Positions 53,995 to 62,628 of a DNA stretch of 64,000 nt are shown here, piece by piece (position 1 is the first letter of the stretch; each line of letters begins with the position of its first letter). The notes beneath the pieces were generated by a model. That model ran no database searches. It was not told the DNA's origin and saw nothing but the letters and a program-made list of their open reading frames with translations. The stretch is taken from the IMG/VR virus record IMGVR_UViG_3300042296_000383, positions 660 through 64,659 of that record; one strand, written 5' to 3'. Both the position numbers and the translations under genes were made by a program. The DNA is from a virus. Lineage: Duplodnaviria > Caudoviricetes.

Positions 53995-54525
53995 TTACGT
54001 GTTTTTTAATTTCTTAATTTGTTGCTTATAATGTGAAATTCTTTCCTTTGTTTCAGGAATTGTGAAATTGAGTGGAAGGCTCGAGATGGCGTCAAGCTCG
54101 TTCAGCCTGTCCAGGCCAATCCTTGTTATCAGCCCCTCCCTGTAAGCTATAAGGTTTCCGTGCTTGTCCCTGTTACAGTACACGCACTGTCCGTGAACGT
54201 TGTGCTCGTGGTACCGAAGGTTCGGGTAGCTGCCCACGCTGTAGTAGTGACCGGCGTCGTACTTCTTTCCTAGATCCCTGCCGCAGCTTATGCACGCCAG
54301 GCCACGGTCTCTCATCCGGATGTAGGTGTTGAACACTACCTGCAACTCACGCCTCCAGTCAGAGGCTGGCTTGATCCTCTCGGACCATTCCTTTTTCTCT
54401 TTAGCCCACTCCTTACTCTTTATCTTCTTCGAGTACTCTATTATGCATGCGGGCGACTCGCAGGTCGACTGTAGCGTGCTGAACCTTGGCTCGAACTTGT
54501 TGCCGCATACCTTACACTTTCTCAA
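53995..54525 (-). CDS. ninG: NinG/Rap-family endonuclease
   Basis: RKCKVC, FNTYIRMRD, CISCG, DAGHY, HGQCVYCN. Confidence 0.9.
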   Translation of the reverse strand: MRKCKVCGNKFEPRFSTLQSTCESPACIIEYSKKIKSKEWAKEKKEWSERIKPASDWRRELQVVFNTYIRMRDRGLACISCGRDLGKKYDAGHYYSVGSYPNLRYHEHNVHGQCVYCNRDKHGNLIAYREGLITRIGLDRLNELDAISSLPLNFTIPETKERISHYKQQIKKLKNT

Positions 54526-54726
54526 TTGATTCCTCTTTTTGAGGACAACTCGCAGTTGTCGTATCCATAAATAATCTCATAAAAAAAGAACCGTGCACCC
54601 TTCGTTCTTGGGGACTTCAAGTCCTCCACCATCACGTACCTTGACGTTCCGGGGTGGGACTCTATCCATCTCAACGAATGATGCACGGTCTTTTTCACAT
54701 CACTTAATTTATTGATTTACAATAAG

Positions 54727-55059
54727 TTAAAAAGGGAGATCTTGATCATCATTACTAGCAACTTGCTGCGCTGGTCTAGCCGGCGTCGCAGGCGTACCGC
54801 CCAGAACTTCAACCTTCCATGCCGAAGCCGAGGTGAACCATTTCCCGTTCCACTCGCGGCTCTGCACGTTTATGCTTACCTGCACGTCGTCGCCAACTCT
54901 GACGCCGTCAGCAAGGGCTACCTTCTGGTTCATCAGCTCGAGCGCTAGGTTGTCCTTGTACTGCCCGTTCTGCATCTCGATGACAAAGATCATCTTTGTT
55001 AGCTTATCAGATACCGCCTCTGGCGTCCCGATGTGTACCACCTTTCCTTTAACTTCCAT
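54727..55059 (-). CDS. DUF3127-like OB-fold ssDNA-binding protein
   Basis: REWNGKWFTSASAWK and acidic DDQDLPF tail. Confidence 0.8.
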   Translation of the reverse strand: MEVKGKVVHIGTPEAVSDKLTKMIFVIEMQNGQYKDNLALELMNQKVALADGVRVGDDVQVSINVQSREWNGKWFTSASAWKVEVLGGTPATPARPAQQVASNDDQDLPF

Positions 55060-55069
55060 GTTTTTTGTT

Positions 55070-55324
55070 TTATTGTTTATTAAATATTATGCTCGCATTT
55101 TCCTCATTAAGCATGAGGAGCACCTCGCCGTTGTATTCGATCTCGACGAAAGACCACTTGTCAAACACCACCGTGTCCCCTGGCTTTGCCTCGGACTCCT
55201 TGCCTGCAAAGATCACCTCTCCTGTGTACGGCTTCTTCTCAAATGATTCGGGGGCAGCAATCATCGACGACTCTTGTGCGGCGCTGTCTTGCCTTACTAT
55301 TATGTTGTTGCCTATAGGTATCAT
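55070..55324 (-). CDS. groES: GroES/Cpn10 co-chaperonin
   Basis: PIGNNIIV...EKKPYTGEVIFAG...KPGDTVVF...YNGE. Confidence 0.85.
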   Translation of the reverse strand: MIPIGNNIIVRQDSAAQESSMIAAPESFEKKPYTGEVIFAGKESEAKPGDTVVFDKWSFVEIEYNGEVLLMLNEENASIIFNKQ

Positions 55325-55734
55325 GTTGTCAAATTTATAATGGTGTGAACTATAAGATACAAGACAAATATAATAGACATTCTCTTATTAAAAACTGACT
55401 GGCTTGCAAAAAAACTTTCAGCCCACGAACCCTGAGTGTCTATAAGGGTGTAAAGGTTTTCGATGATGTCTGCCTTGACTATTATCTGATCCTTTAAAAT
55501 GTCAACTTTATTATGCATGCCCTTGAGTTCAAACTCGAGCGCACGTATCGTCATGTCCTGTTGCTGTGCGTACTCCGGGAGGTTCTGGATACGGTCGGCG
55601 ATCTCCTCGTAGTGCTTCTTGTTTTTTTCAAGCGGGAGGTTCTTAGGCTCCCCGTCCTGCTGCTTGATCAGGGTGTACTTGACACGGAGCGGCGCGTTGC
55701 CTGCTGTGGTGTCTATGATGTCGTGATACTTCAT
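55321..55734 (-). CDS. Coiled-coil protein with C-terminal TM
   Basis: ORF. Confidence 0.6.
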   Translation of the reverse strand: MKYHDIIDTTAGNAPLRVKYTLIKQQDGEPKNLPLEKNKKHYEEIADRIQNLPEYAQQQDMTIRALEFELKGMHNKVDILKDQIIVKADIIENLYTLIDTQGSWAESFFASQSVFNKRMSIIFVLYLIVHTIINLTT

Positions 55735-55773
55735 TGTCTTTTTTTTTACAAACGTAATACAAACTTTGAGACC

Positions 55774-56316
55774 TCATGCCTCGTTAACAAAAATTGTACT
55801 TATCCCGTCGCAGGTCTTTTTTGTCACGTCAACCAAAGACTGGCAGAGCTTATGGTGTGCAAGCCTTTTACCCATCACAAGCTCTGGGACATAGCCCTCC
55901 ATGCGCGTGTACTCGTAATCTGTGAGCCTGCTCATCTCGAAAGAGTTGGTGCTGAATGATGCCGTGATCACGTTCCACACGTCGTCATAGTCTATGTAGT
56001 ATGACCCGTTGCCGGATATCATGTATGAACGAGACAGGAGCCTTCGCCCTACAAAGTAGCTGACCGTGACCAGCAGCTTGCTCGAGACGCCAAAGTCCGC
56101 ATACCCGTCGACCTGGTCGTGCTCAACCCTCAGCTTCTTCATAGCGTATTGCGCCTGCCTCTCGCTGTTACAGTTTTTGCACAGACAGTCGAAATCATCC
56201 TTGAACACCTTGGATATTCTGTCGGAGTAGAACGTGTCCTTCTTGCACACGACACATCTCTTCACGATATACTTAGAATGGGGGTTTATCTGATACTGCG
56301 GATCCGTCTTGCTCAT
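55774..56316 (-). CDS. Zn-finger hypothetical protein
   Basis: CVVC...CKNC. Confidence 0.6.
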   Translation of the reverse strand: MSKTDPQYQINPHSKYIVKRCVVCKKDTFYSDRISKVFKDDFDCLCKNCNSERQAQYAMKKLRVEHDQVDGYADFGVSSKLLVTVSYFVGRRLLSRSYMISGNGSYYIDYDDVWNVITASFSTNSFEMSRLTDYEYTRMEGYVPELVMGKRLAHHKLCQSLVDVTKKTCDGISTIFVNEA

Positions 56317-58216
56317 AATCTCCTGGGTAAACGTTACTTAAAAAACTGCTGTTGGGTTGGATGTTGTACTTCTCGACATCAAGTGTGACCTTCTGAGACT
56401 CGGGCTTTGGAATCTCGATAGAGGACTGCTTCGGTGTGAGATGACGATCGATGGCGACTTGCATCTCGTCGACCCCGGCGAACAAGAACCTCCTTATCTT
56501 GAAGTCGTACTCTATCGTTATAGTGCCCTTGGTGCCCGTTATCTTCTGCTTCTTGATCTTAAGGAATGCCACCTCTGCGGTCGGGTCTGTCGGGTCCTCC
56601 TGGTGGTTAGGCCGGTGGTACATCATTATGTTGTCCACCTTGTTGTTCCACATCGCACCCCCAGCCAAGTCGAACACTCCGGGCATCGGGTAGTTCTGGC
56701 TGCCCTCCTTCCTCATGGTCTTGGGGTGGGCTACGATGTCCATGTAGACGTTGTTGATCTGGGCGAACCTCTGTATGTCGCTGAGGAAGGTCTCGAGGTA
56801 CTTGTCGTCCCTGCCGCCGGTGCTCGAGTAGTCGTTAGCCATCTGATTGAACGGGTCGATCACGCAGCCGTCGACGCTCTCCTTGATGATCAGCTCCAAG
56901 AACTTCTCCTTGATGTATGCAGGCGTCGGGGTTATGGACACGGGGTCCAAGAAGAAGAAGTGCTTCGATACCCAGTCGTACGCCCACTCGTACCTTGCCC
57001 TGCTCGCGCGGGTAGGGTTTGCAATGTCGATGCTTCCGCCGAGCATCATCTCCACCAGGTCGATGTAGAACTCCTCGGCGGGGTTATCCTCCGGGGCAAA
57101 TATCGCCCACTTCTCCCCGAACATTATAGAACGGAGAAGCATGAGATACTTCGACCACAGACCCTTGCCGTAGTTTCCTATACCGGACAGCAGGGTGATC
57201 TCCTTCTTCCTGCGCTTGAAGTGCTTGTCGAGCATCGGTATGCCCCAAGGCTTCACCGCCTCACGCCCTGAGTCGTATATCTGCATGGCGCTCTCCTTCA
57301 CGTCCTCGCCGTACAGCACATCCTTGGCCTTGACGCTCGGGTCGTAGAAGTCGTCGCTCCTTGAGATCACGACCTCGTCACGTGACTTAGAATCGACTAA
57401 CACCCCGTTGGTCATAGTAGCAGACCCGAAAATGTTTTGAGGCGATTTATAGGCACTCTTAATAGCTGACACACACTCCTGCTCACTGAACGATGAGTTG
57501 TTGATCGCGTAGCTTCCTACAATCAGGTACACCGCGTTGCCCTCTGGGATGCCGTACCTGCAGCACGCAGACGCCAGCTTGTAGATGTACGAGTTACGCT
57601 CCCCTGTACGGAACGCGTCGTTGCGGTTAGCCAGCCACTTGATGATGGTCTGGTAGATCGACGTGTAGTCGGTCACCACCTCGTCGGCCTTCACCCTTGT
57701 CACGCTCACCAGCTTCGTGAACACCTCTGCCCTTTCTCGGACAAGTATGTGCGGGTCGTAAGACTCGTAGCACACACGGCTCACGTTCACGCCCGACCGG
57801 TCGATAGACGGGAACACCTCCCTGAGCGCGTCGAAGTGCTCGCGGTGTTTGGAACCGTCGGCCACACGGACTAGCGCCTTGACGCCGTTGCCGCCCGGGC
57901 TTACCCAGCAGGCGTACACGAAGCTTGTGGAGAACACGTTAGTCTTGAACAGCTCCACGTCGTCCACGTCGTCAAAGTCTAGGACGATGTAGCCGCTGTG
58001 CTCTATCAGCCCGCTGTCCACACGCTCGCTGAACTTGCCACTGAAGCATACACTTGGCAGGTTCTTCTTTAAATTGTTTGCACGCTCCTTGTCGATCTGG
58101 CTTCTGATCTCGTCTATGCGTGCCGCGCTCTTTCCGTTTCGTATACGCTCGATGGCAGACTCCACGGTTATGTAGTGGGGCTGCTTGTCGAATATGTTTG
58201 AGAATATTGTTATCAT
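56273..58216 (-). CDS. Primase-helicase (VirE-N/BT4734-like N-domain plus DnaB-like SF4 helicase)
   Basis: KKNLP..CFSG.F, DFDD, SPGGNGVK; GERN; GIGNYGK Walker A; VIDPFN; VAHP. Confidence 0.85.
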   Translation of the reverse strand: MITIFSNIFDKQPHYITVESAIERIRNGKSAARIDEIRSQIDKERANNLKKNLPSVCFSGKFSERVDSGLIEHSGYIVLDFDDVDDVELFKTNVFSTSFVYACWVSPGGNGVKALVRVADGSKHREHFDALREVFPSIDRSGVNVSRVCYESYDPHILVRERAEVFTKLVSVTRVKADEVVTDYTSIYQTIIKWLANRNDAFRTGERNSYIYKLASACCRYGIPEGNAVYLIVGSYAINNSSFSEQECVSAIKSAYKSPQNIFGSATMTNGVLVDSKSRDEVVISRSDDFYDPSVKAKDVLYGEDVKESAMQIYDSGREAVKPWGIPMLDKHFKRRKKEITLLSGIGNYGKGLWSKYLMLLRSIMFGEKWAIFAPEDNPAEEFYIDLVEMMLGGSIDIANPTRASRARYEWAYDWVSKHFFFLDPVSITPTPAYIKEKFLELIIKESVDGCVIDPFNQMANDYSSTGGRDDKYLETFLSDIQRFAQINNVYMDIVAHPKTMRKEGSQNYPMPGVFDLAGGAMWNNKVDNIMMYHRPNHQEDPTDPTAEVAFLKIKKQKITGTKGTITIEYDFKIRRFLFAGVDEMQVAIDRHLTPKQSSIEIPKPESQKVTLDVEKYNIQPNSSFLSNVYPGDYEQDGSAVSDKPPF

Positions 58217-59025
58217 CCTGTGTATGGTATCTTGTTAATGTTATCGTCTGTCTTGAACTCCCCGTGCTGCCAGCACTCGTACCGCTGACCGTCCTTTGAC
58301 CATACCTTCCAGTACACCCCGGCGGTCGGGTCGTAGAACACCCCGGGCGAACCCTTCTTCACGGACCCTGTCTTCGCGTCGAGTCGGTACTTGTCGTTCT
58401 GCTCACGGCTGATCCATGACTGCATCTTGTTCTTCCAGTTCTTGACCTTCTTGTTCTCGGCGTCCGTCCACTCGCATCTGCTATAGTAGTCAAAGAATAC
58501 CTTGGCGAAGGCGGAGTCGAACCCATTCTGTTTTGCATACAGCTCGACCGCCGATAAATCTGGTATGACAAACATTTTTGTTTTTTCCTTACTATCATAT
58601 ATCTTACTATTAGTATTAATATTACTATATGTCGGATTCCCATCCGACCCTAATTCGGATCCCAATCCGAGTTTGCTCGGATCCCCATCCGAGTTATCCG
58701 GATTCAAATCCGAGTTTTTTCTAGAGTTCCACTCGTTGCAGACCGGCAACATTTTGTACAAATCCTTGTTGTCTTTTTTAATATACTCAATAAGCCCAAG
58801 ATCTTTTAGCCTCGTAAACCATCTATATACCGTGTCTGGTTTACTCGTAATGTATGGTATGTCAGAGACTACCTTGCCCCTGCTTACCCACTTGTATACC
58901 TTGTCGTCAACTAGAACGTCCTGCGCCCAAGTCAAAGACTCACGCAAGTAGCTGAGAAAGGCAGACTGTTCAATTGTGAGTTTGTGTTTGATCATAAACT
59001 CAGCATCTATGTTAATGTATTTCAT
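58213..59025 (-). CDS. Replication initiator (lambda O-like architecture)
   Basis: wHTH N-terminus, iteron-encoded linker, C-terminal FFDYY...W...KNWK; directly upstream of the helicase. Confidence 0.75.
   Translation of the reverse strand: MKYINIDAEFMIKHKLTIEQSAFLSYLRESLTWAQDVLVDDKVYKWVSRGKVVSDIPYITSKPDTVYRWFTRLKDLGLIEYIKKDNKDLYKMLPVCNEWNSRKNSDLNPDNSDGDPSKLGLGSELGSDGNPTYSNINTNSKIYDSKEKTKMFVIPDLSAVELYAKQNGFDSAFAKVFFDYYSRCEWTDAENKKVKNWKNKMQSWISREQNDKYRLDAKTGSVKKGSPGVFYDPTAGVYWKVWSKDGQRYECWQHGEFKTDDNINKIPYTG
58575..58713. repeat. Putative replication origin: four palindromic iterons plus an AT-rich tract
   Basis: (T/C)CGGAT-N4-ATCCGA at 58632, 58655, 58677 and 58698; AT-rich 58575-58630. Confidence 0.8.
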
Positions 59026-59040
59026 ATTGTTAAATAAAAA

Positions 59041-59133
59041 AACCCCTAGGTACGAGCTAGGGGTTGAGTTAGGCAAGGTTTTTAATCTTACCCGCCCAAA
59101 CCCTAGAAGGCTCGTACTTCTTCTAGGGGTTGG
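59041..59133 (-). promoter_or_regulatory. Two-hairpin leader with complementary loops upstream of the initiator
   Basis: Loops contain GTACGAG and CTCGTAC; promoter element at 59152-59159. Confidence 0.65.
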
Positions 59134-59227
59134 TATGTAGTATATCCAATGCAAATATATAAAAAATGCTCGTCTTTCCGAGCCGTCATCAGCTTTTTCT
59201 TTCCATGTTTCGGGCTGACACCTTCTG

Positions 59228-59329
59228 TAATCAGGACAGGATTCGAACCTGTACGGTATCTTTTGGATTTACATCAGCTTTAGGCTGGAATGCGAATACC
59301 ACCTGCGTCTACCATTCCGCCACCTGACT
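59228..59329 (-). ncRNA. tRNA-like RNA lacking a canonical anticodon arm
   Basis: AGTCAGG/CCTGATT acceptor, GCGGAATGGTAGACGC D-arm, ACAGG-TTCGAAT-CCTGT T-arm. Confidence 0.75.
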
Positions 59330-59454
59330 ATGTCGCTCGTCTTTCCGAGCCGTCAACAAAACTTAAATCTTACCTACGAGAGCGAGGTATTTTGTGTGGT
59401 TGTTCCCATTGCCTAGGCAGTGTCTAGTATGCCTTCGGGTGCCTCTCGTGTCAG

Positions 59455-59567
59455 TAGCCAGGACAGGATTCGAACCTGTAAATTATGTTACTGTGGTTCA
59501 CTAAGATTACCCACACATTCACATAACATTATTGTCTTAAGCGTGTCTACCATTCCACCACCTGACT
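59455..59567 (-). ncRNA. tRNA-like RNA lacking a canonical anticodon arm (paralogue)
   Basis: AGTCAGG/CCTGGCT acceptor, GTGGAATGGTAGACAC D-arm, identical T-arm. Confidence 0.75.
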
Positions 59568-59672
59568 ATGTATACCGTTCCCACCTGCTTTATGAACATA
59601 CGGTATCAGATGCTTCCTCATAACCTTCGGATGGGTAAGTTAAAAATTAATCTATGTCTCAAAGAACTTTAG

Positions 59673-59703
59673 CAAAAGTAAGGCAAGTGCATAACACAAC
59701 AAA
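59673..59703 (-). promoter_or_regulatory. Promoter for the tRNA-like RNA locus
   Basis: TTTG-N19-TACTTTTG followed by boxA-like GTTCTTTGA. Confidence 0.7.
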
Positions 59704-59714
59704 GCTAACAAAAG

Positions 59715-60002
59715 TTAAACGTGCTGCCTAATGGTGGTGTGGTACTTCCCGTCCTTGTTAATAGTAGTCCGGATAGTGGGCAGCGGGTGCAGGTCATGGC
59801 AGACCCTCATCTCCACCACCTCGCCGTACACGTCAACCTTCTTATTCCTGACCACGGACGAGCTGATCAGGTACCTGTCCCCGACCTTGTACTTGGAGTG
59901 CTCTGCTATAAAATCCTCCTCCAGCTTTGTCATGGCCCTCCTTATCTCCATGTGCTTGGCGTGGGATCGCTCGCGCAGACCCTTCAGTTCACTCGCGTTC
60001 AT
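59715..60002 (-). CDS. Hypothetical protein (95 aa)
   Basis: ORF. Confidence 0.65.
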   Translation of the reverse strand: MNASELKGLRERSHAKHMEIRRAMTKLEEDFIAEHSKYKVGDRYLISSSVVRNKKVDVYGEVVEMRVCHDLHPLPTIRTTINKDGKYHTTIRQHV

Positions 60003-60284
60003 AGTTCCTGGAATTGGTTTTTATTGTAAGGCGCCTTCACCCCCGTGTCGTCAACGACCAGGTAGTGGGGGCTATTTAATTCAGCTACAACTATATACGA
60101 CTTCCCGTGCGTAAGGCGACGGGAGGTCGGGCTGTGAGCTATCACAGCAAAGGGTTTAAAGAAGATGTCCATTTATTTAATTAGGTGAGCACGTTAGTTA
60201 AAGAAAGAATAAACTTCTTTAATTAAGTGGTGGCACAGTACAACTCGTCCATGACCATGATCATACAGTAGATGTAGGCCACGA

Positions 60285-61310
60285 TCATTTCTTCAGCCAT
60301 TCAGACACCGACCAGTACGGGGTGATTTCGTGCCTGTTAGGGTCTAGAGAAAAGCAAGGGAAGTGGTCCTGGTGCTTCAGAGAGAACAGACGCTTTCCGT
60401 ACCCGCTGTTCTGCAAGCTGCCGCTGTTAAGGGCTATCCTTGTGGTGCCCCCCTCCTTGTACTTGATCAGCCCGGCGACGTGGCTGTCACCTGCCGCGCA
60501 GATCTCCCGGTCGTTAGCTTCGAATCGCATGTACCTCATCTGCCCGTGCACAGGGTTCAGCATCGTGCGACCCCTGAAGAAATGGGCAACCGCCACCTTG
60601 TAGACTTCCTTACCAACCTTAATATCCACGTGACCAATACCGCTATGGTAAATGGTGTGGCGTTTAAATATTTCAGCGTATGTAGAGTAGCCGACAGCGT
60701 TCTCCTCTCTCATCACAGAGTGGTTGTCCCATGTTGAGCAGATGACCTTGTGCTTTACAGACATAAGCCAGCTCTCTAAAAAACGGATCTGCCAGTAAGG
60801 AGGCAACGCGTTGTCGGAAACTTCCAGCACACCGCGTAGTTTTATGGACATCTGAAGCAAATCCCCGACAAGGATCACATACAGGTTGGGCGTGTTTATG
60901 ATCTCGTCAGTAATAGCAATAAGCTTGTCGTAGTCGGTAGCCCATGAACCCATGTGTGTGTCGCCGAGCACCAGGACACAGATAGGTTTTTTTGTTTTGA
61001 TCTCCCAGCTCGCAAAGTCCTGAGACCCCTTGTGCGCCTTGAATATATTCTGGAACTCTTTGAGCGGTCTGATAGCGTCTCTCCAGTCAAACTCCCCCAT
61101 CTCCACCTTGTCGGTCTTGATGTCCTCCGTGTTGTACTGGACAAGGTCACGGCTGAGACCTTTCTTGGTCACGTTCTCGTTGTACTTGTTCGCAATGTTT
61201 GCAGGGGTTGTGCTGTACTTGGGAGCAATCCTCCTGGAGTAAGCCCTGATAGCCTCGCCCTCTTGACGTGGGTCGTTTGTGAAGATCTCTAACCATCGTT
61301 GTTTTGCCAT
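60285..61310 (-). CDS. Calcineurin-like metallophosphoesterase
   Basis: GDTHMG, GDLL, DNH, AH, GDSH motifs. Confidence 0.85.
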   Translation of the reverse strand: MAKQRWLEIFTNDPRQEGEAIRAYSRRIAPKYSTTPANIANKYNENVTKKGLSRDLVQYNTEDIKTDKVEMGEFDWRDAIRPLKEFQNIFKAHKGSQDFASWEIKTKKPICVLVLGDTHMGSWATDYDKLIAITDEIINTPNLYVILVGDLLQMSIKLRGVLEVSDNALPPYWQIRFLESWLMSVKHKVICSTWDNHSVMREENAVGYSTYAEIFKRHTIYHSGIGHVDIKVGKEVYKVAVAHFFRGRTMLNPVHGQMRYMRFEANDREICAAGDSHVAGLIKYKEGGTTRIALNSGSLQNSGYGKRLFSLKHQDHFPCFSLDPNRHEITPYWSVSEWLKK

Positions 61311-61316
61311 GTGATT

Positions 61317-61646
61317 TTATTTTTGCTCGCCCTCAGCGAGTATGAATGAATCTACTCCGTACTTCTGGACCGACCACTCCTTGATGAAGGACGTGTAGTC
61401 CACGTCGATTATAAACTCTGTGCCGGTGCGGGTTGTTATCTGTGCTATGTCCCTCTGCTTCTTGCCCACCTCATAGGTGATGCACTTCGCGGACTCGATC
61501 GACTCTATGTCAATCGCTATAAGGTACCAGCACTCCTCGATGTTGTCGTCATTGACCGGGAGTCCCAGGCGCATAGCCTCCTCCTCAATCTCGCTGATGT
61601 TCGACCACAGGTAGTGGGTTAACAGTATCTTAGCTTTGTCCGACAT
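61317..61646 (-). CDS. Hypothetical protein (109 aa; start MSDKAK)
   Basis: Promoter element at 61665-61672. Confidence 0.65.
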   Translation of the reverse strand: MSDKAKILLTHYLWSNISEIEEEAMRLGLPVNDDNIEECWYLIAIDIESIESAKCITYEVGKKQRDIAQITTRTGTEFIIDVDYTSFIKEWSVQKYGVDSFILAEGEQK

Positions 61647-61705
61647 AGTTGAGAATGTTAGCCACAAAAATAGATAACATTCTACATGATAACACAATTC
61701 ATGTG

Positions 61706-62134
61706 TTAAAAAATATCAAGCTGCTCGTTAGGGTAGGGGACCTGAACATCCAGGGTCTCCGCCGAGAACCTTATTATATCATCAATGTACCGGTTGAACT
61801 CTACCGTGTCCATGCCCTTGGTCTCCTTGATCACGCTGAACACCTCTCCCGTGTCCGGGGAGATGTACTCCCGCCTGTTGAAGCGGTCCTTCAGGAACTC
61901 GTGCGTCTCCTCCTGGGTAACGTCCCAGCCAAACTCTACAAGCCTCTCGTGTATGATCGAGACCACCACGCCCCAGTAGTAACTGTTCTGGCGTGATGAC
62001 CTGCGGCTGTACCTCTTCTCTATCGTGACCTTGATCGGGACGTCGCCCATGCTGGCGAGGTGGCGGCGCATGTCCTCGCGGCGGTAGACCACCAGCTGGC
62101 CGGCCCTGGTCTCGGCAAAGAACACCGCCCTCAT
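61706..62134 (-). CDS. NinB-like phage protein
   Basis: RSSRQNSYYW...T..M...EF..YI...P motif. Confidence 0.65.
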   Translation of the reverse strand: MRAVFFAETRAGQLVVYRREDMRRHLASMGDVPIKVTIEKRYSRRSSRQNSYYWGVVVSIIHERLVEFGWDVTQEETHEFLKDRFNRREYISPDTGEVFSVIKETKGMDTVEFNRYIDDIIRFSAETLDVQVPYPNEQLDIF

Positions 62135-62406
62135 TCCTTGATCCTCCAGACGTGCTCGTTCTTTCCGTACAACCCCATACTCTTTTTCTCAGTCTTGATG
62201 AGATAGCCTTCGCTCGTCAGGTTTGTGAGCGAGCGGCGGACAGAGGTGATGGGGTAGTAGTGATTAAGGGCGACGTAGATCTGGGAAGGCTGCCACTCCA
62301 GCCTGTCTTTAAACAGCTGCAAAATAACAGCCTCTTGCTTCTCGGACTTTTTAATGCTTTTTATCAGCTCGTTTCCGTACTCGTTTAGTGTGTTGTAGTA
62401 GCTCAT
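62131..62406 (-). CDS. Winged-helix DNA-binding protein
   Basis: PITSVRRSLTNLT..GYL.KT...W. Confidence 0.7.
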   Translation of the reverse strand: MSYYNTLNEYGNELIKSIKKSEKQEAVILQLFKDRLEWQPSQIYVALNHYYPITSVRRSLTNLTSEGYLIKTEKKSMGLYGKNEHVWRIKE

Positions 62407-62627
62407 TTGTCACCTCCTTTCTTTTTGTTCTGTTCAAACCATATATCTAAATCCGCTCTTAAAAATATACCTGTTTTCATTAAGACACCTTTAACCTCCT
62501 CCTCACTATACATTCTCTCCTCTTGCCATTTAGCGCCAAATTGAACACCCTCTCTCCATATTTTATCATAATCTGATTCGAAATACCCATCTTTCATCAT
62601 TGCTTCTTCAAGCGTTTCTTGTTTCAT
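62403..62627 (-). CDS. Small protein, MKQETLEEA...GAKWQ.ERMYS family
   Basis: Paralogue of its neighbour. Confidence 0.7.
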   Translation of the reverse strand: MKQETLEEAMMKDGYFESDYDKIWREGVQFGAKWQEERMYSEEEVKGVLMKTGIFLRADLDIWFEQNKKKGGDK

Positions 62628-62628
62628 T

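Noticed and set aside
13702-58216. Stop-codon reassignment as in some crAss-like phages
   Set aside because: Genes are long and densely packed under the standard code, and no suppressor tRNA is seen.
59026-59154. Upstream ORF extension here, and similarly at 13666, 43859, 53887 and 61697
   Set aside because: These run through promoters or hairpins; downstream ATGs fit better.
59168-59195. CTGATGA...GAAA on the - strand as a hammerhead
   Set aside because: No proper stem II or stem III, and the second copy of the repeat lacks CTGATGA.
59420-59623. + strand ORF containing SQDRIRT
   Set aside because: Antisense translation of the tRNA-like T-arm.
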